From Candidatus Thorarchaeota archaeon (GTDB lineage: Archaea; Asgardarchaeota; Thorarchaeia; Thorarchaeales; Thorarchaeaceae): a stretch of DNA of 64,000 nucleotides. Position 1 is the first letter of the stretch. Each line of letters starts with the position of its first letter. Below are positions 26,892 to 36,562 of this stretch, one piece after another. The DNA is taken from positions 256,001 to 320,000 of the forward strand of contig CAVSBO010000004.1 of NCBI GenBank assembly GCA_963726195.1, in the 5' to 3' direction. The notes beneath the pieces are model-generated. The model did not search any database. It saw only the letters and a program-made list of their open reading frames with translations, and had not been told where the DNA came from. Position numbers and translations under genes: made by a program.

Positions 26892-28463
26892 ATGCAGTAC
26901 TCAAACCTTTCCAAGTTCAAAGATGATCTGTGGCTATGCGCCCGGTGTGGTGATTGCTCTCTCGCTGACAAGAAAGTGGCCTCGCATCGTGATGTATTTC
27001 TTCCGTGTGCGGTGAAGAACGTACTTGGATTCGAGGCGTATTCTTCTCGCGGAAGAATCATGGTGATGAATGATCTCCTCAACGGCAACCTTGAGGCTGG
27101 CAAGAGCATAGTTGACTGGGCCTATACATGCACCACCTGCAAGAACTGTCAGGAGACCTGCACTGCGACTGCTGAGGGTATCAGATTGCCTGAGATGATG
27201 GAGGCGCTGAGGACCGACTTAGTAACGAATGGTTTCGAAATGCCGAAGCATGTCGCCATAGAAGAGTCGATTATGAATCTCGGCAACCCGTATCAGGAAA
27301 GCGAAGATAGAAGGAAGGCCGTTTTTGGCCAGCGTGCTTGGCCTGAGAAAGCAGAAGTGGTCTACTTCGTGGGATGCACTGCCGCTTTTCGTGAGGAAGA
27401 GATTGCAAAAGCCACTGCTGAAGTCCTCGAGAAAGCCGGTGTCAACTATACCGTGCTGCCGGATGAGCAGTGTTGCGGTTCAGTCCTTTTGAGGCTTGGA
27501 AGAGTCAAAGCCTTCGATGCTCTGGCCAAAAAGAACATCGAGTCTGTCGAGAAAACCGGGGCAAGGACCGTCGTGACATCCTGTGCGGGATGTTTCAGGA
27601 CTTGGAAGATTGACTTGCCGAACAAGGGTCTTACGTATGATTTCGAGGTTCTTCACATTACCGAGTTCTTGGATCGACTAACCCAAAACAACAAGATTGC
27701 ATTCAAGTCTCCAAAGCCTGTCAAGGTTACATACCACGACCCGTGCCACCTCGGCCGTCACGCCGAAGTCTACGAAGCACCTAGACGAGTAATCAATTCT
27801 GTCGAAAACGTTCAGCTTGTAGAAATGGAGACAAACAAGAGGTACGCACACTGCTGTGGGTCCGGTGGAGGAGTCAAGAGCAGCTACGGCGAAGTCGCAG
27901 ACAGGATTGCAGCTGACAGAATTCGTGAAGCAGAGCGAACAGGAGCGAGTGTCCTGATTACGGCATGCCCATTCTGTCACAAGGGTCTTGTGGATGGAGC
28001 CAACTACATCCACAGTCAGATGCAGGTTGTGGACCTACCCAATTTCCTGTTGCCGCTCTCGACCAAGGCCAAGGCTGTTACGAAGACGGTGGAGAACCCA
28101 TTGAAGCCTCAGTTCATGGACTATCTCAGGAATCATCCCAAGATCTTCGACGGACTGAAGAAGGATGCAGTCATAGATTATGAGATTGAGGGAGACAGGT
28201 TCCACGTCTTGGTTCTCGACAATGGTGCCATACAGGTCAATCCCGTGAGATCGGAAAACCCGGATGTTGAACTAACATTCTCCCAAGGCGCCGTCAGGCA
28301 GCTGACTGTCCTCAAATCCGATGACGAGTACGCACAGAAGTTTGGGTCCTTCTTCAAGCAGCCCACTGACGAGGTATGGATTAAGTTCAATCTCAGACGG
28401 AACATCGTGAAGCTTCTGATGAAGGGGTACCGGAAGTTTGCTCAGAAAGCCGGGTTAATCTAG
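26892..28463 (+). CDS. GlcF/HdrD-type Fe-S oxidoreductase (2 ferredoxin + 2 CCG domains) with extra SCP2-like C-terminal domain
   Basis: CARCGDC, CTTCKNC, YFVGC, QCCG, SCAGC, YHDPCHLGR, CCGSGGG, TACPFC; extra ~120-aa tail (NPDVELTFS). Confidence 0.88.
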   Translation: MQYSNLSKFKDDLWLCARCGDCSLADKKVASHRDVFLPCAVKNVLGFEAYSSRGRIMVMNDLLNGNLEAGKSIVDWAYTCTTCKNCQETCTATAEGIRLPEMMEALRTDLVTNGFEMPKHVAIEESIMNLGNPYQESEDRRKAVFGQRAWPEKAEVVYFVGCTAAFREEEIAKATAEVLEKAGVNYTVLPDEQCCGSVLLRLGRVKAFDALAKKNIESVEKTGARTVVTSCAGCFRTWKIDLPNKGLTYDFEVLHITEFLDRLTQNNKIAFKSPKPVKVTYHDPCHLGRHAEVYEAPRRVINSVENVQLVEMETNKRYAHCCGSGGGVKSSYGEVADRIAADRIREAERTGASVLITACPFCHKGLVDGANYIHSQMQVVDLPNFLLPLSTKAKAVTKTVENPLKPQFMDYLRNHPKIFDGLKKDAVIDYEIEGDRFHVLVLDNGAIQVNPVRSENPDVELTFSQGAVRQLTVLKSDDEYAQKFGSFFKQPTDEVWIKFNLRRNIVKLLMKGYRKFAQKAGLI

Positions 28464-28496
28464 TACATGTGCTCCGGTGCGTGGGTGGATTGTGAC

Positions 28497-28964
28497 ATGA
28501 GAATCCTGTTTGTTCTCGGCTCAGGCGGACATACCAGAAGAGGAATTGTTCTCGCGGACCAGATAAAGGCCGAGAAGTACTTCATAGTGCCTTGGGAGTC
28601 GAAGCTCACAAAGAGGAAGGTCGGTCACAAGTATTTCAGCGTCATCTCTCCCAGATATCAAGCAAGGTCGAACACATTACTGTCAGTTATCCGTACTCTG
28701 TTTCTGTTTCTTCATGGTCTTGTACTTCTTTTTGTGATTCGTCCCGCAGTGGCAATTAGCACGGGCTCGGGGCTGACATATCCGATATTCCTGATGGCCA
28801 AGATGATTGGGATTAAGACTATCTTCATTGAGACCCCCAGCAGAGTCTACAGACCTTCGATAGCCGGGCGCCTTTTGCTTGGAAAGGTGGATCTCTGGCT
28901 TGCTAGTTGGCCGGAGCTGGCAGAGAGATACAAGGGCATCGAGTACATGGGGATGATAGCGTGA
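28497..28964 (+). CDS. Alg14/PssD/CpsF-like glycosyltransferase subunit
   Basis: LGSGGHT, RPAVAISTGSG, FIETPSRV..PS.AG, SWPEL. Confidence 0.9.
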   Translation: MRILFVLGSGGHTRRGIVLADQIKAEKYFIVPWESKLTKRKVGHKYFSVISPRYQARSNTLLSVIRTLFLFLHGLVLLFVIRPAVAISTGSGLTYPIFLMAKMIGIKTIFIETPSRVYRPSIAGRLLLGKVDLWLASWPELAERYKGIEYMGMIA

Positions 28965-29455
28965 TACTTGTGACAGTTGGAACTTCGCTTCCGCATGACG
29001 AACTCATAAGAGCAATGGACCAACTTGTTGATTCAGGTGCAATACGTGATGAGGTCTGGGCGCAGATAGGGGCTGGCTCCTACGTCCCACAGCGTCTCAA
29101 GTGGTTCAGGTGGGCGAAGAGCCTTGAGACACTCTACAACAGAGCTGATGTGATCGTGGGTAACTGTGGAGCCGGGACCATCATGGAGAATGCGATGAAG
29201 GGCAGGAAACTCATCGTAATCGAGAACCCTCACATGAAAGGCGGGCATGAGTGGGAGCTTGTTGGGAAGATGGAGGAGGGGAGGCATCTCATTTGGTGTA
29301 GGAGTCTTGGGAATCTCGGTGACTGTATCGCGAAGGTGCAGTCCATGGAATTTGCAGTATTCACGCCCGAGAAGCTCGACGTGGCCAGAATGTTCGCAGC
29401 CCTCAAGCAGAAGAAGGGCCTCACCAGATTGGGCGACGCTGAACGTAGAAAGTAG
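28961..29455 (+). CDS. Alg13/PssE/CpsG-like glycosyltransferase subunit
   Basis: GTG start overlapping the upstream stop; ILVTVGT, AQIG, ADVIVGNCGAGT, HEWEL. Confidence 0.9.
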   Translation: MILVTVGTSLPHDELIRAMDQLVDSGAIRDEVWAQIGAGSYVPQRLKWFRWAKSLETLYNRADVIVGNCGAGTIMENAMKGRKLIVIENPHMKGGHEWELVGKMEEGRHLIWCRSLGNLGDCIAKVQSMEFAVFTPEKLDVARMFAALKQKKGLTRLGDAERRK

Positions 29456-29505
29456 CACGACTTTGGCCCATTTTGGAGTTCTGAGAGCGCACTGTGCAAT
29501 TGCCT

Positions 29506-30819
29506 CTATCCCGGTCTCTCGCCAACTCCTCTGAAAATGAATCCCTTCTGCACGCTCTGTTCTCTGTTGAATACGTGGCGGCCATCGACGATGATTGGCG
29601 TTCGCATCAATCCCTTTACCCAGTCGAGATCGAGCTTCTTGTATTCATCATGCGCCGTAACGAGAGCGATGCAGTCAGATCCTTTCAGCGCCTTTTCAAG
29701 ATCTTTGAGTGGCTCTATGCCATCGAGTTCCCTGACATAAGGGTCGTGTACAACAATAGTGACACCTAGAATGTCAAGTTCCCGAATCAGGCGCAGGGCG
29801 GGGGAATTCCTAGTGTCGTCCGAATTCTCAAGGTATGCTGCACCGAGAACAGTCACTACGCTACCGTAGACCCGTCTTCCCGCTTGTCTTAGTGCTTCCT
29901 CACACAGGTCAGTCATGTGCAAAGGCATTCCGTCATTAATTGCCCTTGCCACAGTTATCAGCCTCGGCTCATACTTGCCTTTGGCTCCAAAGGCTAGAAG
30001 CCATGAGTCCTTTGGCAGACAGTGGCCTCCTACACCCGCACCTGGAAGATGCATGTCGCGGTATGGTGACCTGTTGACTAGTTCGCGAATCTTGTAGACA
30101 TCAATGCCCATGTTCTCACAAAGGAGTGCCAACTCATTCGCAAAAGCAATCTGAACATCCCTGTACGCATTCTCAGTAGTCTTGACGACCTCTGCGGTTA
30201 AGGCGTCAGTGCCGAACAGCTGTCCTTTGACGACTTGCCGATACAGCTCCATAGCCGCTTTGGTGCTGGCCTCATCTAACCCTCCTATCACTCTGTCCAG
30301 ATTCACAAGATTGTACAAGAGTTTCCCAGGCATGACTCTCTCTGGGGCGGTGGCAAGCATGAAGTCCCGTGGAGCCTTGAGGCCCGAATTGCTCTCGAGC
30401 AGAGGTTGCACAATGTTTGTTAGAGTACCTGGCGCAACAGTTGACTCCACAATGACAAGCGTGCCGCGACGCAGTTGCTTGCCTACGCTCGTGGTGGCAG
30501 AACGAAGGGCTTCGTAGTATGGTTTGTTGCTCTTCTCGTCGAACGGAGTCTGAACCACAATCAGGACGTAGTTCGCTTGCTTTATGACACCATAGTCGGT
30601 GGTAGCACGGAAAGCACCAGATTTCACAGTCTCAGTGATAAGCTCTTGAAGCCCAGGTTCATTTCCTTCTATTGGTGAAACGCCCTTGTTTATCATTGAG
30701 ACTCTACTTTCAGAGATGTCGACACCGAAAACTTTGAAGCCAACTTGCGCGAACTTGGCTGCGACTGGCAGTCCGACATAGCCGATGCCGATAACTACGA
30801 GGGTGCCTTTGTTCACCAT
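29506..30819 (-). CDS. UDP-N-acetylhexosamine dehydrogenase (WecC/WbpA family)
   Basis: GIGYVGLP, VQTP, ESTVAPG, PERV.PG, KTTENAYRDV, GGHCLPKD, DTRNSP. Confidence 0.93.
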   Translation of the reverse strand: MVNKGTLVVIGIGYVGLPVAAKFAQVGFKVFGVDISESRVSMINKGVSPIEGNEPGLQELITETVKSGAFRATTDYGVIKQANYVLIVVQTPFDEKSNKPYYEALRSATTSVGKQLRRGTLVIVESTVAPGTLTNIVQPLLESNSGLKAPRDFMLATAPERVMPGKLLYNLVNLDRVIGGLDEASTKAAMELYRQVVKGQLFGTDALTAEVVKTTENAYRDVQIAFANELALLCENMGIDVYKIRELVNRSPYRDMHLPGAGVGGHCLPKDSWLLAFGAKGKYEPRLITVARAINDGMPLHMTDLCEEALRQAGRRVYGSVVTVLGAAYLENSDDTRNSPALRLIRELDILGVTIVVHDPYVRELDGIEPLKDLEKALKGSDCIALVTAHDEYKKLDLDWVKGLMRTPIIVDGRHVFNREQSVQKGFIFRGVGERPG

Positions 30820-31221
30820 AGCATCGGACCTCGGAGCTCGGCTTTTCGCGTTTTAACCCTTCCGAGTCAAGTCATTCGTTTCGTCTTCATCACAGGTACT
30901 TTGGCCTGACATGATGGTAGATTGTGGCCTTCGACTCCGCGCCTTACCCTCTCGTGCTCTTTTCTGAGGCTCTAGCAAGGATACACGACTCACTCATCCT
31001 TCAGGTTCAGCCGCCAGTAGGATTCTCCATGCTCATCAGTCTCGACCGTGATGTTTTCAGACTTGAAGACCTGAAAGAAGCAATCCGTATGAAACGCACC
31101 GAAGTCGCTAGTGAGATGGACTGTTTTGTCACCTTTGTAGATCGGTTTGTGACACTTGGCACAAGTTGCGACAATTTCACGCCTAGGTATTGCTCGATTC
31201 TAACCTATTTAAGCGACAGGG

Positions 31222-32028
31222 TTGATAGAGATAGCAGCAGGGCCGGAGCCCAGCAAAGATTGTGAGCATTTGGCGGTCTCACCGCACGATGAAACAGAGT
31301 GGCTGCCTCATGTCTTGAAAGACGACTTTCACTGCGAACAAAGAAACCCAAGCAGTGACAGGTTCGCCCGGGCGAACTTTCGTTTTCTCGCTGGTTTTAT
31401 AACAAAGTATGGCAATCGATTTCTCATGGTCTCCTTTTTCCGCGCCTGCGGTCTGTTATATCTCAAAATCAGGAACAGGAAACAGCGCCCGCCGAGCAGG
31501 TACACGAACCGGAACCCTGAGTACCAGCATTTCAAGATAGGTGACTACACCTATGGCCGACCAAATGTAGTATACGACAAACGCCATGCCACGCTTGAGA
31601 TCGGGAAGTTCTGCTCCATTGCGGATGATGTAGTGATTATGCTCGGCGGGGAACATCGACCGGACTGGACAACGACCTATCCCTTCTACGAGCTGTTCGA
31701 CCGCTTCAAACCCTATTTCCCGAGCATGACGAAGGGCCATGTGATAATCGGCAACGATGTCTGGATAGGGCAAGCTGCAGTCATCCTTTCGGGCGTACAT
31801 ATCGGGGACGGGGCGATCATCGGGGCGCACAGCGTCGTAACGAAGGATGTGGAAGCCTATGCCATAGTGGCCGGCAATCCCGCGAGAACCATCAGGATGC
31901 GGTTCAATCCTCAGACCGTGCAGGCTTTTCTTAAGATGAAATGGTGGGACTGGCCGACTGAACGCATCTTTCAGAATGTGGCGAAACTGCTCGGTCCGCC
32001 GTCCCTTTTCTTACACCATGATTCATGA
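31222..32028 (+). CDS. CatB/Vat-like hexapeptide O-acetyltransferase (true start probably downstream)
   Basis: IGDYTYG, IGKFCSIA, TTYPF, IGNDVWIG, VVTKDV..YAIVAGNPA, WWDW. Confidence 0.88.
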   Translation: MIEIAAGPEPSKDCEHLAVSPHDETEWLPHVLKDDFHCEQRNPSSDRFARANFRFLAGFITKYGNRFLMVSFFRACGLLYLKIRNRKQRPPSRYTNRNPEYQHFKIGDYTYGRPNVVYDKRHATLEIGKFCSIADDVVIMLGGEHRPDWTTTYPFYELFDRFKPYFPSMTKGHVIIGNDVWIGQAAVILSGVHIGDGAIIGAHSVVTKDVEAYAIVAGNPARTIRMRFNPQTVQAFLKMKWWDWPTERIFQNVAKLLGPPSLFLHHDS

Positions 32029-32194
32029 TCAGTGTCCTCTATGAAAGCGCCTTCTGTACATGTCATCCTGAAAGACGGAGCATCTGAAGCAGAAGACGGA
32101 ATCCCCGTTATGGCTACTGATTACGCGTTCCAAGTTGCGAAGTCAATCAAAAGGGATAATACCTTAGATACTGGTCGCCTCGCAGGGGTCAAAG

Positions 32195-32587
32195 GTTACG
32201 ACTGTCCTAATAACCGACGGCGGATTGAAGCATACTCTTGCCATTGTGAGATCACTAGGCAAGAAGGGAATCCGCTGTGCAGTAGTGGACAGGTCGGTCT
32301 TCGCACAGTCGTTCTACTCCCGGTATTGCAGTGAAAGCTATGTGGTACCTGACCCGGAGAAGAAGGAAAGAGCATTCATGAATTCGTTGATGACTTTGGT
32401 CAAGTCAGGAAGGTACGATGTCCTGCTGCCCGCGGGATGGCATCCGAACTACTACGCTGCCAAGGCCAAGGCAATGCTGGATCAATACACCCATGTTCCG
32501 GAAGCGCATGGTGAGGAACGATCTCGATTCATTGGCGAGTCGCTGTACGACAACCACATTGAAAGAACAGATTCAGCTTTTGATTGA
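32195..32587 (+). pseudogene. Truncated N-terminal fragment of an ATP-grasp/carboxylate-amine ligase
   Basis: VLITDGG..HTLAIVRSLGKKG, SFYSRY, YDVLLP; no ATP-grasp domain follows and there is no canonical start before VLITD. Confidence 0.6.
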
Positions 32588-32625
32588 GAAATCGAAGAGA
32601 CAATGAATGGAGTCTCAGTGAACGG

Positions 32626-33408
32626 ATGGCGCCACAGATGGAAATGCGACCCAGACTAATTGACTCACATTGCCACTTGCTAGAGCCGGAATTCGCGTCT
32701 GACATGAACGATGTGATAGAATCTGCGAAGGCCAAGGGAATTCTGATTATCAACTCCGCAATATCGCCCGCATCTTGGGAAGCCTGCATAAGGATGGCAG
32801 CAACTAATCCATCTGTCTATGCATCAATCGGGCTTGACCCAATGCTTTACGATCAAGCACAATCCGCGGTCGATTTCATAACCAAGCATGCAGGAGGCAT
32901 CGTAAGTGTCGGCGAATGTGGCATAGACCACTTCCGAGCTACGGATCATAGCGAGAGGCAGATGCAGGAAGACGCATTTAGGATTCTGGTCAAGCTCTCA
33001 TCGCAACTTGGTATCCCTGTACAGGTGCATTCCCGATCAGCTGGTGCTGCGGCCTTAGAAATACTCTCGTCCACCGATGCGCAACTTGTGCATATGCATG
33101 CGTTTGATGGCAGAGCAAATCTAGCTAGAGTTGCATCAAGAGAGCGTGGTTACTACTTCTCGATTCCTACCTCGGTTGTGCATTCTCCCCAAAAGAGGAA
33201 ACTCGTCAAGGCAGTGGACTACGAGCGACTCCTCGTTGAGACTGATAGTCCCGTTCTGGGACCAGTAGCTGGCATCAGAAATGAACCGGCCAATTTGTGG
33301 ATTGCAGTGAGAGAGATTTCGATGATACTTGGCAGGAGCGAAGATGAGGTCGCATCTACTGTTCTAGAGAACACCCTGAGGCTCTACAGAAGGATACGCG
33401 TTAAGTGA
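32626..33408 (+). CDS. tatD: TatD family nuclease
   Basis: IDSHCHL, VGECGID, VHSR, HMHAF, LVETDSP, RNEP. Confidence 0.93.
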   Translation: MAPQMEMRPRLIDSHCHLLEPEFASDMNDVIESAKAKGILIINSAISPASWEACIRMAATNPSVYASIGLDPMLYDQAQSAVDFITKHAGGIVSVGECGIDHFRATDHSERQMQEDAFRILVKLSSQLGIPVQVHSRSAGAAALEILSSTDAQLVHMHAFDGRANLARVASRERGYYFSIPTSVVHSPQKRKLVKAVDYERLLVETDSPVLGPVAGIRNEPANLWIAVREISMILGRSEDEVASTVLENTLRLYRRIRVK

Positions 33409-33443
33409 TAGGGTTCATAAACACATGAACGTCAGCAGCCTTA

Positions 33444-34966
33444 GTGGTGCCTATGAAACAGGGATTGGAAGAGAAGCTCGAAACCCTCCTGTCCTCTCAG
33501 ACTGCAGCCGTTGCTCGTGACGAATGGACAAAGGCACAGCCTTCAGCACTGGTTCCCCTCTTTGATTATCGCTTCGACCACGTGAATCAGGTGGTCCGAG
33601 ATCTCGAAATACCTTGCTGCAGCAGACAGGCGCTAATCTTGACATAGTCACAATGGCGGCGTGGCTGCATGACATATCAAAACCTGGTATTGGTGGGGAC
33701 TCGAATCACGGAGAGGCGAGTGCAAAGGACGCACGTGACATCCTGTCTAAAGAAGGGAATCGACCGGTTGACCATCGACCGCGTGTGCGACGCGATAAGG
33801 AAAGCATGTCGGGCTGACACTGGAAGGTCCGCTGGCCACTCCTGAGGCTCAGGCTCTTTGGGAAGCTGACAAGCTAGTGAAGCTTGGCATGATAGGATTG
33901 GTTCACTACATATTGAATGGCATCAAACTGAAACCAGGTATGGATATGGAGGCGAATTGCCAGTGAGATTCGCGGCTTCATTCCACTGGCTGAGAGAATC
34001 GCGAGCAGCATGAGCACTCAAGCGGCGAAGCAGGTCGCAGGTTCGAGAATGCAGCATTTGAAGAACGTAAGCGGATATCTGGACGCTGAATTGCGTCAGT
34101 CGGCGGCTCCCAAAGGCGCGACAACCAAAAAGCCCGAGACTGCCACCCAGCTCAAGGCCGGAATAATGACGATCGGCAATGAGGTCCTAGACGGTGTGAT
34201 TTTGGACACGAATGGGAATTGGATGGAGCTCCGTCTCGCAGCGCTGGGTGTCATTGTAGAGAGACAGACATCAGTCAGAGACACTGTTGCCGACATCGGG
34301 AGAGGCCTTGCATATCTGAGAGAGACCTGCAATGTAGTCATCACTTCAGGAGGTCTTGGACCCACTCACGATGATATGACTCTCAATGCTATTGCCACAA
34401 CTCTAGGCCTTCAGTTGGAAGAAGATTCGGCTGCCTTGTCCATCGTCCAAAGGCAGTACCAGCATCTGTACGAACAGGGAATAGTCACCAGTCCGGACTT
34501 GACCGAAAGCAGAAAGAAGATGGCACGATTGCCGGTGGGTTCGACTCCCTTGGACAACACGGTCGGAGGTGCTCCGGGGGTCATGATTGCTCATGACGGG
34601 ACCACAATCTTCTGTCTGCCCGGTGTTCCTCGTGAATTGAGAGCAATCTTCGAGTCCTCAGTTCGTCCGTGGGTAGAGAAGAAGAGTACGCAACACTACT
34701 TCGAGCGAATCGTGGATTTCGAGATATCTGATGAGACCGTATTCTCACCATTCATTGACAGGGTTATGAAGAAGAATCCTGGAGTGTACATAAAATCCAT
34801 GCCCCAAACTTACGGATCCTCAAAGGTTCTCAGAGTCTGGGTTTCTGCAAGAGGGAACAACGTGGGTGCGTTGAAGACTTCAGTGGAAAAGGCCATCAGT
34901 GCGCTTTCACAGGAATCAGGCTTCAAAGTGTCGGCAGCCAAGGGCTCTCAAGACGATTCCCGATAA
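33444..34966 (+). CDS. HD-domain phosphohydrolase fused to CinA N-terminal (COG1058) domain; about five indels in the HD part
   Basis: RFDH, AAWLHDI, NHGEASA, AIRKH, EADKL across shifting frames. The HD terminal helix (MSTQAAKQVAGSR..LDAEL) runs without a stop into IGNEVLDG..DTN, TSGGLGPTHDD, LPGVPRE. Confidence 0.72.
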
Positions 34967-35013
34967 GTATATTCACCGGGTCCGTCTGCGGCTCACAAAG
35001 GTGAATCTGTCCC

Positions 35014-35784
35014 GTGCTTGTGGATTTCGTCATCGATCTGAACGATATTATTGTCTTCTTTATTGGATTCCTCTACGTCCTCGTTGTCTTGGGCATAGGA
35101 GATCTCGCACGAAGGAAACTGAACAAGGGTTCGAATCTCACTCGAAAAATTATACACCTCTTTGCAGGGATTGTCATCTGGACTGTTCCTTTCTATCCTC
35201 ATCCTTGGGTGGCCACAGTTCTAGCGTTCACATTCGTCGTTTTCCTTGCTGTGGCGAACTCGAAGAGGTTTGGAAGATTCTTTGCCGCAATGGCTCGCCC
35301 TGAAGATCTCGAACACGGAAGTGTAAGGGGACCGTTCTGGTATGCCGTGTCCATAACCCTGCTCACAGGCCTGTTTACTTTCACAGGGTATCAGAGGCTC
35401 TATTTCGTTGCAGCGGCTGCTATCCAGATTATGATGTTCGGCGATGGCATGTCTGCTCCGGTCGGCATGAAATACGGCAAGAACCACATGCACACCATAT
35501 TTGGCTCGAAAAGGAGCATACCCGGGAGTTCTGCATTATTCCTTTTCGGCTTCTTTGGCGCAATGCTTGCGTTCTGGTTCTTCGGAGTGTTCAACTATGG
35601 CGTGTTCATTGGAGGCGGACAGATACTCTGGATGTCGATGATCTATTTGGCTTTAATTGCATCAATCTCAGCAACGCTCATAGAACTGGTAAGCCCGAAA
35701 GGCAGTGACAATGTGACGCTGCCCTTTCTCACTACTCTGATAATCTTCATGGTAGGCATGCAGATGGGCTTCGTCGTGCTGTGA
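35014..35784 (+). CDS. Dolichol/phytol kinase family (SEC59/DGK1/VTE5) CTP-dependent membrane kinase
   Basis: RKIIHL, GDGMSAPVG, KRSIPGS, ELVSP..DNVTLP; multi-TM. Confidence 0.88.
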   Translation: MLVDFVIDLNDIIVFFIGFLYVLVVLGIGDLARRKLNKGSNLTRKIIHLFAGIVIWTVPFYPHPWVATVLAFTFVVFLAVANSKRFGRFFAAMARPEDLEHGSVRGPFWYAVSITLLTGLFTFTGYQRLYFVAAAAIQIMMFGDGMSAPVGMKYGKNHMHTIFGSKRSIPGSSALFLFGFFGAMLAFWFFGVFNYGVFIGGGQILWMSMIYLALIASISATLIELVSPKGSDNVTLPFLTTLIIFMVGMQMGFVVL

Positions 35785-35786
35785 GC

Positions 35787-36347
35787 CTAGCGGCTCGCCT
35801 CAACCACAATGCGGTAGTAATAGACCTTGCCTGCAGTGGGGCTGTCACGTTCCACACGGATGACCTGCCCCGCTTTGGCACCAAGCACTTTGGCAGCCGG
35901 GTCGTCCCTCAGGATTCTCGGAAGCTGTGGTTTCTTGATGCCATAGTGTTCGAGCACCATGTGGACCTCACTATCGCTCACGATGATGTGCTTGGGAACA
36001 AGCTCATGCTGAAACAAGTCGAACGAAGAATAAGTACCCTCGACCAGTTCTACCTTGGACGCCCGTGCGAACTTCCTTGCAGCGGGAGTGAAACGAGAGC
36101 CTCCCACCAGAACTCCTTCGAGGGCTTGGGCTTCTTCCATGTCCCGGGCGATGTCCTTCACTATTGCGACGCCGACAACTTTCGCTTCCTTGAATATCCA
36201 GACGACTGACTTGGTGACCGCTTCGCCTGTCTCCTTCACAGGGAGCATGACGTATCGGTCTTCGTATTCAAAGAGTTCGTCGACCTTGTAACCACGAAGT
36301 GTAAGCAAACCTCTGGTCTTAATCACTGATGCTGGAAGGTCTACCAT
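35787..36347 (-). CDS. rpo5: RNA polymerase subunit Rpo5/RPB5 with eukaryote-type N-terminal domain
   Basis: C-terminal HELVPKH, QLPRILRDDP, GQVIRVERDSPTAG..YYR; N-terminal LRGY, KVVGV, FTPAA. Confidence 0.92.
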   Translation of the reverse strand: MVDLPASVIKTRGLLTLRGYKVDELFEYEDRYVMLPVKETGEAVTKSVVWIFKEAKVVGVAIVKDIARDMEEAQALEGVLVGGSRFTPAARKFARASKVELVEGTYSSFDLFQHELVPKHIIVSDSEVHMVLEHYGIKKPQLPRILRDDPAAKVLGAKAGQVIRVERDSPTAGKVYYYRIVVEASR

Positions 36348-36562
36348 GGACGAAGCACCCGGGCGCAAAGCTCCGCGCTGTTGCAGCACATATAAACGTT
36401 GTCAAGTGTGTTGTTAGTGCCATACGAGTTCTTGAGCGGTTTCGTAATGCAAGACCAATGGAATGGTGTCACTGGCCATTGCCTTGTCGGATATTTGTCC
36501 GAATATGGTTCATTTATCAATGCTTAAACGATGGCTACCCCGGAACATGAAAACCCACCAAG

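Noticed and set aside
30924-31265. 113-aa ORF
   Set aside because: No motif support; probably non-coding or decayed sequence.
31222-32028. Bona fide chloramphenicol or streptogramin resistance gene
   Set aside because: The family is broad and the neighbouring glycosylation genes suggest a sugar substrate; function cannot be assigned from motifs.
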